A stretch of DNA of 63,695 bases, counting the filler, from Collodictyon triciliatum (Eukaryota), in assembly GCA_043381765.1 (NCBI GenBank). It is 6 parts of 6 records of this genome, joined end to end, with 100 filler letters (N's around TTAATTAATTAA, not from the genome) between each part and the next. Parts side by side here need not be neighbours in the genome. Positions count along the whole stretch, not along the records: positions 1 to 28,079 come from JBHJMP010000400.1; positions 28,180 to 40,780 come from JBHJMP010000401.1; 4 more parts are not named here. One strand, 5' to 3'. A program made the translations under genes and the position numbers. Shown here in pieces: positions 14,633 to 32,584 of the stretch (position 1 is the first letter of the stretch; every line of letters begins with the position of its first letter). Below the pieces are notes generated by a model. The model was not told the origin of the DNA and searched no databases. It saw only the letters and a program-made list of their open reading frames with translations.

Positions 14633-17017
14633 CCAACTGAGCAGACTGCCCATACCGAATGCGGCATCCCTGATTCAGCAGGAGGAAAAGGAGATTCCGG
14701 GTTGCTTGTGCCGCGAAAGGTATTGTACCTCCTCTGGAGACAAAGAAGAGATAATAGATGTAAAAAAAAAATGACACATGCTTGTATGAGTGAGTGACGA
14801 ATTTTGTTCCTGATATTTCCTTTTTTTTCTTTTTGTTGATGTTGATAATGGTAGGTCTCCCGGTTCTGGCTGCCTGATTCCAATGGTGTAACGCACGAGT
14901 TCCTCTTGGTTACCTTTGATGAGCCTGTCCCTATGTCGCTTCAGCCCCATGTTAGCACTAAGGGGTCGTCGCCAACCCACTCTCCATCTGCAGCTGCAGA
15001 GGATATCGGGTCGAGGATTCGCCTGGGATTGAGCGTGCTAAGCTCCATCATCAAGGTTTGTCTGTCGTAGCCCTTTTGCTTGACGGATCTTTACTTTTCT
15101 CTTTTGATAATATTCGTTTTAGAGTCATATCTATATGACAAATCCTATTGGTTTATGATAGGGGTTCGTAATTATACCAAGAAATGCCCAGGATAACAAC
15201 TACTTTTTCATTTCATTTCAATACTCTTGCGCTAATCATTTGCTTATTCATTTTGGTTCCACTTCAAAGTTTCCCTTTGGTAATCATGAGTCTTTTTTGT
15301 CTTTGTATTGTTCGTAGGACACCGCAGATGCTATGATTACCATCACGGCAAACGGGACAGTTGTCTCTTTCAATCCTGCTGCTTCAAGAATATTTGGTTA
15401 TCAAACATCCGAAATCGTGGGGCAGAATATAAATATTCTAATGCCCGAGCCTCACAGGTTTTTTCTTTTACTGATGCAAACAAGAAATTGTAACATACAC
15501 CAAATCATTGTGGGTACACCTTACTTTTATTATAGCACATTTCATCTAAGCGTTTGTCTTTGGTTTCTCTTTCTTGGTCTCATATTCCATTGATTATTAG
15601 GGAAAACCACGATTCATACTTGAGGAATTACCAGGCCACTGGAGAGGCCAAGATTATTGGAGTTGGTCGAGAAGTGGTCGCAGTCACGAAAGAGGGTGAA
15701 ATGATACCAATTCATTTATCCGTCAGTGAGATTAAACTGCAAGACTCTATATTCTATGCGTAAGTGGCACCATCCAACTATAGCCCTTGGTATACATACA
15801 CTATTCATAATTTTTTCTCTTGCTTCGACGCACTGTTATGCCACATTTATGGCTATCAATTTGATGTCTCCTGATGTCTGACACAGAGGAATTCTGCGAG
15901 ACTTAAGAGAGGTGAAGAAAGCAGAAGCCTCCGTCGCAAAGGAGCACGCTTTGCTTGCTTCGATTATGGACGCTGCAAACGATGCTATTCTAACTATCAC
16001 TGGGAACGGAATCATCGTGTCGCTGAACAAAGCAGCCTGCTCCATCTTTGGCTATAAGCAGGCAGAGTTGATTGGACAGAATATCAAAAAGCTGATGCCA
16101 GCGCCATACAGACAGCAGCACGACGAGTATTTGAGCGAGTATCTACGCACGGGTAACTCAGAACCTTATTGTCTAGAACAGAAAAAAAATGTATAAGGAC
16201 AAAATACACATATTCGATAAAATATGAGGGGATTAGAAATCCATTATCCTGCACAAAATTGAAAGGAAGATTAAAAACAGAATAAAAATAAGGAGATTAG
16301 AATAAACCGTACCATACTTTGAGTTTTCCCCTAAGAGCATGACAACCCCAGGAAAGGCCAAAATCATCGGCATTGGAAGAGAGGTTGTCTGCCAGAGGAA
16401 AGACCTGTCTGAGTTCCCAGCTGATCTGAGCGTCAGCGAAGTCCGCGTCGGAGACAATGTCTTTTTCACGTAAGGAACCCCACCACAAAACTGTTCTGCC
16501 ACAACCAATCCATTTCTCTCTCGACTGTGGCACATTCTCTCGACCTGCGCGTGATGCAGCCATCGCTCAGCAAGAGGCCTTCTCTTCTCAGCACTCACCC
16601 ACTCCTTCCAGGGGCATCCTGCGAGACCTCACGGAGCGTAAGAAGGCCGATTCCCAGATTGCCAAAGGGGATGCCATCGTGCGAGAAGTGCTGATGAAAT
16701 CGGAGCTGCTGACAAAAATCAGCAACATGTTTGGGGAGAAGGAAAGCGTGGCTGCGGTGGCGGAGGAGTTCAAACTCAAGATTGCAGACGTAACATCCGA
16801 GATGGAGAAGCAGTTTGCGCTGATCCAGCGGCGCCTGTCGGAGAACGAGGGCAGGCTCCGGAGGCAAGAGAGCAGCCTCAAGGCCGTGGATCAATCCGTG
16901 CGCCGGTGGGTGGGCTTCAAGCAAGAAACCTACTCCAAGCTGGTGAGTGTGCTGGACTCTGCCTTTCAAGGGATTCATCTGTCCCAATTCCCGCAGGCAA
17001 GTGCAGCCGAAGATTGA
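14633..17017 (+). CDS. Protein with two tandem FixL-type heme-PAS domains and a C-terminal coiled coil (5' end in gap)
   Basis: PAS1 reads [57 protein letters not shown]. PAS2 reads [42 protein letters not shown]. Introns are GT-AG and the stop is TGA at 17015-17017. Confidence 0.88.
16227..16302 (+). mobile_element. LINE A 3'-UTR micro-insertion (PAS gene intron)
   Basis: CCATTATCCTGCACAAAATTGAAAGGAAG plus an A-rich tail between AGG(G/A)GATTAGAA repeats. Confidence 0.75.
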
Positions 17018-17461
17018 CGTGACCACCCCGGAAAGGAGAACGCTTTTGCACAGCTGTAAAGAAAAGTGCGCATGGCGACAAAAAAGAAGGCAAGAAGAAG
17101 GATTGGTACATCCGTGCACGGTTGATATTGAATATGCCTTACCTTTGTCGCTTTTATATTTAGATATACTTTCGAATATGTGATATGTCACGTTCCCCTT
17201 TTTTTGTTCTTTTTTTTTCTCCTCACCACCTGGTGCATTCACTTGAAAGCAAAACCACGATGAATTCGTTGATGGTATTTTCCGACTCATCCGTCGAAAC
17301 CCTCCTCGCCTTGGAATCCAACCCCGTCACGTCGGGAATGGATTGATTTGTACTGTCACACCGCAATAAAATGATTGTGCTGATGAACGATACTTATCCC
17401 TCATTCCCTTTCGTGATAGGCACACGCGCGGCAAAAGCCGGAAAAAGTCTCTCAACAATCC

Positions 17462-18060
17462 ACACTTTGCAGCAACGGTGATGAATCCATTGGGCACACA
17501 TTTGTGCAATGTCCCTTCGCTCAAAACCTGCGCAAAACAGCCAGCGAGATTCTTCGACTGACACTTAAGACGACTGCGGCTTTTGGCCCAATCCAGGCGA
17601 TATTTGGCCCTCTGCAACAACTGCGTCCAGAGGCAAAAACATTCTGGGCAGTGACGCGAGGCCATTTGCTATGGACTATGTGGATAGCACGCATATACTT
17701 ACGCAAAGCAAGACTCAACAACCAGCCACCCATTCCTGATAACAGGCTGAATGACATCATACAAATCTCTTTCCTCAATAGCTTCCTTTGCTACCTGCAC
17801 GTTCTCTACTACTCAGACCCCGTGAGAAGAGACATATGTGAAAGGAGGCTGAGAAAGGTGATTAAACCTCGCCTTGTATCCCTCATGCAAGCACAAGACC
17901 CAGGCTACAGGCCAAAGTGCTGCAGGATGCAATTCCTGATAACAGACTACTTCTCCGCCACCCGGCCACCAAGTAGCGCCCATGCAAGCGATGGCTGGCG
18001 AACCAAAGCAAATATCTTCACCATCCTGCACAAAATTGGGGAAGAAGAATAAGAAAAGAA
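17462..18060 (+). mobile_element. 5'-truncated non-LTR retrotransposon (LINE family A): ORF2 C-terminus plus 3' UTR and A-rich tail
   Basis: Starts within the CCHC/zf-RVT motif (LCSNGDESIGHTFVQC). It is nearly colinear with the copy at 57445-58029 and homologous to the C-terminus of the RT ORF at 38654-39913. Confidence 0.88.
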
Positions 18061-18699
18061 AGAGGAAAGCTGCTTTTGGTAATGCACCAACATCTCCTTT
18101 GAAGACTACTTTCATACTCTCCTTCAGTCTCAATGACAAGAGGCACTCGCACTTTGGAATAATCATCCTCATGAAATTCGTTGCTATTTAGCAAATGGGG
18201 ATGTGGCTGATTGGACTCTGTGAGGGGAATGGAGAGATTCATCAAAATGAAAAATAGGTATACGGAGAGTCAAATATACGCCATTCAAAAGTGAATGACA
18301 TGCCTCATCGAGTTGTCAAACAAGACATCATATCAGGAATAGACTGACGATAGTACAAATATACATGACAGTTTGAATAAATATTAAAAGGAAAGGAAAG
18401 GAAAGGAAAGAGAAAAAATAAAGGAAAGGAAAGGAAAGGAAATGAAAGGCGATACGTAGTTAACACTCGTCCTCAATCTCAATATAAACTAGCGAAATAA
18501 GACAGATACACATCCCTGCCTCCTTTCTTTTTTCCTTTCTTCGATGTATATTAGATTTGTTAAATAAGTACTTTAAAAGGAAACAAAAACGGAATAAAAA
18601 TCCAACATTTCCTTTGAACGTTGTTATTGGAATAATCATAAATATTTTTTTTTGTTTTCTTGCTCTTCTGGTTTAGTTTAAAGTATTTTTTTTTGAGGG

Positions 18700-23466
<4,767 letters not shown>

Positions 23467-24560
23467 CGATAGACGCTGCGGCGACTTAGACAGGCACCTT
23501 CTTTTCTTTTCTGAACTTTTTTTTTTTCTGCAGTTTGTCATTATTATTACCATTATCATTATCATTGCGTATATAATCCCCATAAAAAGGCCAGACTGAG
23601 AAACACACCGAGTCATTCTCCCCAAAGCACGAACCAGTCGCAGGCAAGGAAGGGATTGTGATGAGCCAAGGCTGCGAGTTATGACGGACGTGTGATTCGT
23701 TGAGTGTCAACACTTGAAAGTGGCAAACGCATCACTGCTTCAGTCCTTGAGCGCATGAATGAGCAAAATGTGGATGAGCCCGTACCGTAATAAAATCATA
23801 TACCAGTGATCACGTTAAATTATATATAATTGTGACATTCTGTCAGTTACATAGTCGATTTGACTCTAATATTGCCTATTTATAGACTTGTATTATATTT
23901 TCCAGATATATTGAACGCCACAGCAACCACAAACACAATAGCGCTTATCAGTGTCTGCGGTTTTGTCCTGGCATGTGATTGCGAAAGCAGAAGTGTGTGA
24001 TGCGGCCTAGAACTGGTGCAAGCGGGTTTATTAGGTAAGGCGCGTCCAATCAACCGACAGACGAACATCCAACCAAGCACATATTTCTTGGATATATTTT
24101 TTCTATCATCTGGTGCTTTTTGGAAAAGTGGTGGGATGGGGAAAGGAAAACGGGTGCGCTGGGATTCAGAATCGGTAACAAAAGCATCAAACGTACCACC
24201 TAACAACCATATCTCGTTACTTTCATAATTTAATTTTAATTTCTTGGCCATTATCGTAAATCCAATACACTGACATGAAAAGAAAAAAGAAAAAAGAAAA
24301 AAGAAAAAAGAAAAAAGAAAAAAGAAAAAAGAAAAAAGAAAAAAAGAAAAAGAAAAAGAAAAAGAAAAAGAAAAAGAAAAAGAAAAAGAAAAAGAAAAAG
24401 AAAAAGAAAAAAAGAAAAAAAGAAAAGAGAAAAAGAAAAAAAGAAAAAGAAAAAAGAAAAAGAAAAAAAGAAAAAAAAGAAAAAGAAAATGGAAAGGAAA
24501 AAAAAGACGAAGGAGCTTGACTACACATGCACAGAATTGCGCGCAAGTGATAATACAGAG

Positions 24561-25532
24561 TCAATTGTCGTTCGGACTTCCCGAGCGACCGTATATGCGG
24601 GCCTCAATGTCATCTTTGGTTAGATTGACAAACATGCGGGAGGATGAGGAGCGCTTCGGTCTGCGCACGGACTCGAACCCAGGATGCTGCTGGTCAAAGA
24701 GCGAGCGAGCCTCACTGGCCAAGTGCACATAGTGCTCTTTGCAGTCTGCAGGCAGCGCTTTCCAAACTGCGCCCAGGATGGTGGCAAGTGCGCGGGTGGA
24801 AACATCGGGATATTCGGCACGGTATATATCACGCCAGTCGTTGCAGAACAGAATGTATGCATTGAGCGGCGGATTGGGTGTCGAGGTTGTGGCAGAGTTT
24901 GTGGCAGAAGTGCGCATGCGTCGAAGGGCTCGGCGTGATTGCTGTTGGGACGGCATTGTGGCCAGAAGTGCTGTATGCAGAGAGGCTGCTTGTGCGGAGA
25001 TGGACTGCCCTTTTGCGTCTGACAAGTCTTGAGGGGCGAGCAAGCATCGGTGTTTGTGCAGAATCTCTGACGGGAGAATCGGAGTCTCTGATGACAGACT
25101 GATTAGTGTGTCTGCTGGCGATTTCGTTGGTGCGCCGAGTGACAGGCAGATGGGCGTTTGGAGGGATAGGTTGATTGGCGATTCGGCGGAGGGATTAAAA
25201 GGGGCGGGCAATGAAGGGATGATTGGCGTGCTAGACGGTGTGATGGTTAAGTTGGACGTGTCGCTATGTGGCAGACCGAGATTCTTTTTCAGCTGGGCAA
25301 CGACAGCCGCGAGTGACTCTGTAAGATGCGTGTCTGGCTGTGGTTGTGGTTGCAGCTGTGGCAGACACTGTGGTTTTGGTTGTGGCTGTGGTTGTGGCTG
25401 TGGCAGAGGAATCAGCAGGCCGGATGGATGGTATAGCCACTGGCAGAGTGGAGCGGTTTGGCCCATGCGAGGTTTGATGGAGACGATGGGCATGTTTGTT
25501 TCTTTTGTGCTGTCGCTGCTTGAAAGACTCAT
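24561..25532 (-). CDS. Single HMG-box protein (SOX/MATA-like) with Pro/Ser-rich N-terminus
   Basis: 323-aa ORF containing PNPPLNAYILFCNDWR..EYPDVSTRALATILGAVWKALP..KEHYVHLA..FDQQHPGFESVRRPKR. An upstream exon is possible. Confidence 0.85.
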   Translation of the reverse strand: MSLSSSDSTKETNMPIVSIKPRMGQTAPLCQWLYHPSGLLIPLPQPQPQPQPKPQCLPQLQPQPQPDTHLTESLAAVVAQLKKNLGLPHSDTSNLTITPSSTPIIPSLPAPFNPSAESPINLSLQTPICLSLGAPTKSPADTLISLSSETPILPSEILHKHRCLLAPQDLSDAKGQSISAQAASLHTALLATMPSQQQSRRALRRMRTSATNSATTSTPNPPLNAYILFCNDWRDIYRAEYPDVSTRALATILGAVWKALPADCKEHYVHLASEARSLFDQQHPGFESVRRPKRSSSSRMFVNLTKDDIEARIYGRSGSPNDN

Positions 25533-26414
25533 CTGCTGTGGCGTTTCTATGTCGTTCTCGGCCTTCTTTCGCCCTTGCTATTTTTTTTTTGTCTTCTTGG
25601 TTGCCTCTGGCGCTGCCTGCTTTGACGATAATTATTTTGTTGTTTAGTCGTGGTTGATCGTGATACTTATATGTTAATTTGGTTGAACGTAAGGCTTGTG
25701 CTGAGGGCTTTTTTTTTCTAGGTGTTGATTTGGACGGGGAAGGAATGAGCAACTGTTATTGGTGCAGAGGGCGGTGGATGTACAATGGAGCGAGAGTTTG
25801 TTAAGGACGGAGTCATTGCAGCGGCAGTTATATTTTCAGTCGATTAAAGGAACGTAAATAATCGCAGGGGTAGTTGTTTTGGGTGTTCTGCGCTAGAGTC
25901 TGTTTCTTTTCTTTGAATCAGGGCCGTGGTTCTTTTGATCGGCCGTTCTGCCTTCATGCTGTGTGTTTGTGGGTGTGTGGCTGTGCTTTTGTTTGGAAGA
26001 AGGGAAAGGTGGGCATTGGTGTGTGTTTGATGGGGAAATCAGATGGGGTTTTGGTTGAGAATAAAAGTGCTCTCTGAGCCACACAATCGTGCTTTCCTCA
26101 TTCATATATAAAAGAGCGATTTTAGAGGATTGAGTGTGTGGATCTGACCTGTTCGGAGGTGTTTTTGTAGATTCACTAATCACCTTTCCGATCAAAGAAT
26201 GATACACATGGATCCATTTCTTTATCATTTCCTTATTTCCACAAGTTTTCACGTTGTCTTTGCCTCCTCATCTCATTTCTGCCAATTTTCTGATGCTCTT
26301 GTTCCGCCATATATTCGATTAAGGATTCCAATCTAATCAAAGAAATACAGAGCATAGGGGAAACGAAAGGGATCTGATCCAAATTGCGGATTAATCTAAT
26401 CCTTATTCAACTAG

Positions 26415-26520
26415 TCCACAAAGTGATTCAAAAACAATCCACAAAGTGATTCAAAACAATCCATAAACTGATTCAAAAACAATCCATAAACTGATTCAAA
26501 AACAATCCATAAACTGATTC
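26415..26520. repeat. Minisatellite, about 5 copies of a 22-23 bp unit (ATCCAYAAASTGATTCAAAAACA)
   Basis: Direct tandem copies are visible, with no spacers. Confidence 0.9.
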
Positions 26521-27737
26521 GACTCAATCTGTAAGCATGCACGGACAGCATCGAGTTAATCAAATGAATTGGTGAGTAGGCGAATCATGGTACTAACCAA
26601 AGAACAAAGGCCATTCACAATCGCCTTCTTTTGCACACACACGACAATCGCCACCAAAGTGATGCATTTTGTCAGCCAGTTTGTTGCGTTGCGCTCACCC
26701 ATTAGCATGTGCTCTGCTTTCCTCTGGCCCGCCCTCTTTATACACCACATGCTTTCTTCAAATTTCATTTGCACTCGAGCAAGACCAGAAAAAAGGCGGA
26801 AAACAACCCGTGCACGGTTTCCCTCCTATTAAGTCTTTTTCCCCTCCCATTTTATACACCCGCAACGCGACGCCAACCACAACGCGTCGCCCTTTTCTGT
26901 TGCACTTGTTCTTTTTCCAAAGCTCTTTCGAAATTGCCTTTCGCGGATAGCACCTACTCTTCCCCATATTCGGATGAAAGAGACAAATATTCTCTAAAAA
27001 ATCAAATATAGTTAAACGACCACCAGCATCCCACTTTCGGAATCTCCTACACACTGCTACTTAGAGAAAAGGCTTCACCATATGCGGGCTGCTGTTGCCC
27101 GACCAACTCTCCAAATCACATGCTAATCTTCTTTTTTCATCGCAATGTCCGTTCTGAGACGCACGTTTCGATGAATTCGGACTTTAAGATGCTTCCAAAA
27201 TGTGATGCGATAAGGTTTGATGAAGTTTGTTTTGCGTCTGCGATGCACATGGTGACGCACTTGGTTTTTTTAAAAAAGGATAAATTCCGAAACGGGGGCG
27301 ACGCTGTTCAACTGTTTGGCCATTTCTGGTAACTTGGTTTCTGTGAAGACATACCAAGTATATCGAAATATTCCGAAAGAGTCACATATACCTATATGGA
27401 GAATATTCCGCAAATATACAATTTTTATTTCCTAATTAGATATCCACATAAAGCTATCTCGAATAGTCTTTTACATTTAATGCACTGCATAAAATATACC
27501 ATATAATTATCAAATGTGGAATCTAAAACAATATGAATCTTTGGCCTCACCGCTGTGATGATCACGATTTCCATGATTCTGCGCCCGGCAACTCGGCGAG
27601 ACGGGTGCAGAGGCCGATCAACGGGCTTATCCCACAACTTTGATAGTCCTTACGCCGACTCATTTTTCTTTCCTTCCTTTTCCTTCTTTTCCTTCTTTTC
27701 TTCTCTATTCTTTTCTCTCAACACTGATGCAGAAGAA

Positions 27738-27806
27738 ATGGTCACGATCGACGAGCCGCCGATTTTTTCCTCGCCGACGGAGGAGGCTGCGTCGGAAAAG
27801 GCCCTG
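27738..27806 (+). CDS. Possible first exon of a gene cut by a contig break (possibly a TPR protein)
   Basis: GC-rich MVTIDEPPIFSSPTEEAASEKAL is followed by a GTTTGG donor and intron-like microsatellite sequence. Confidence 0.3.
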
Positions 27807-28079
27807 GTTTGGAGCTTTGCATGATAGACTTGCTTTTAGGCATTTGATTGAAAAGAGTCCTCTATTTATCGGCAAACATGGTTCAAGTTTATGCCGCTGT
27901 GTTTTCTTTTGTCTCTTATGTTTTAAACCAGCACTCATCGTTCTACAATTTGCTGTTATTATTTTTATTTTTATCATTATCATTATCATTATCATTATCA
28001 TTATCATTATCATTATCATTATCATTATCATTATCATTATCATTATCATTATCATTATCATTATCATTATCATTATCAT

Positions 28080-28179
28080 NNNNNNNNNNNNNNNNNNNNN
28101 NNNNNNNNNNNNNNNNNNNNNNNTTAATTAATTAANNNNNNNNNNNNNNNNNNNNNNNNNNNNNNNNNNNNNNNNNNNN
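28080..28179. other. Artificial contig spacer N44-TTAATTAATTAA-N44 (also 40781-40880, 46574-46673, 52769-52868, 58030-58129)
   Basis: The same 12-mer, with stops in all six frames, is centred in 100-nt N blocks. Genes are truncated at these points. Confidence 0.95.
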
Positions 28180-28908
28180 AAAAAAAACAAATTACCAATT
28201 TTTTATTTGGTTTCTTTCCCCCGCCAAATTTTTTTTTTTTTTTTTTTTTTTTTATCGAGAAGGCTATTCAAATAAGCTCACGAATCACCGGGTAAGCCTA
28301 AATTTTTCGCGTGGTCGCAAATATTGTGATGAAATGCAGTTAGTGATGGTCTCTGCAGAGGTGAAGATAGAGTCATACCTTGATTTTGATTTTTTTCTTT
28401 TATCTCGACCACCTGGTAAATGAGATCGATATCTCAAAGATTATACCCAAAAAATATTTAAGGACAAAGAAAGGCGGACCCTCGAGAAAATAAATGAAAG
28501 AAAATGAGACAAACGAAAGAAAATGAAATTATACAAATCCCATCATCGGATGGCACTGGCTCAGACAAGCGAGTATGTAAAAAAAAACACAACCCAAACA
28601 GAAAGCAGCGGACACCCCAACATGTTTATCCCTTGTGTGCGTCCCTTTGCTGAAACCTTCTTTTCTGCCTCACGTCCCGTTTACTTTGATTCTTTTCCAT
28701 TCATCTTTAGCGAATAGTACTTTGCGGGTTTCCCCTCCTTTTCCTTTTTTTCTTCTGGGGGTTGCTGCACAGACCGGGTGTGAGGCCCTGCTGCCCCTCC
28801 AAAACTTTGGAGCTTCTAGCGCTCTCTTTACAATTATGAAAGAATCACTGAGGAACTCGCCTAGGAGGAGCGAACAACGAGATATTACAGCGGGGGAAAA
28901 GCCAGAGG

Positions 28909-32218
<3,310 letters not shown>

Positions 32219-32584
32219 TAAAGATGACATCGCACACAAACAGAAGATAGATACGAGACACAAAGTATCGTACCAAGAAAGACATTAGATTCGCCGAAGA
32301 ACACAAGCTAGTTCAGCCCCCTTCGGCGATTTTTCGCCAGCCGTGCGGCATGCCTTTCTTTCGTCAAGTCTTCCCTTACGCCTACTTATCGCCATTTTCG
32401 GCCACAGAAGCAGATGTTTTGAGCCAGCTTGTGCAGGTTGGAAAAGAAAAAAAAGACTTTTGAGAAGAGGTTTCTGGTTGGGTTATGTAGCTTTTCACTG
32501 GCACAGAACAAAGCCCAAGGACATGAAATGTGGCTTGGTGTTAGGGCTTCGAAACCATCTTACTAGCTTTGCAAATCACAAAGG

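Noticed and set aside
13505-14883. Long 330-430 aa ORFs in all frames
   Set aside because: They are open only because they run through an N gap.
7351-18060. CUL4 lying near a LINE carrying a CRL4-Cdt2 degron
   Set aside because: LINE copies are dispersed, and proximity in a eukaryotic genome implies no functional linkage.
26415-26520. CRISPR-like ~23-bp repeats
   Set aside because: The units are contiguous with no unique spacers, there are no cas genes, and the context is eukaryotic.
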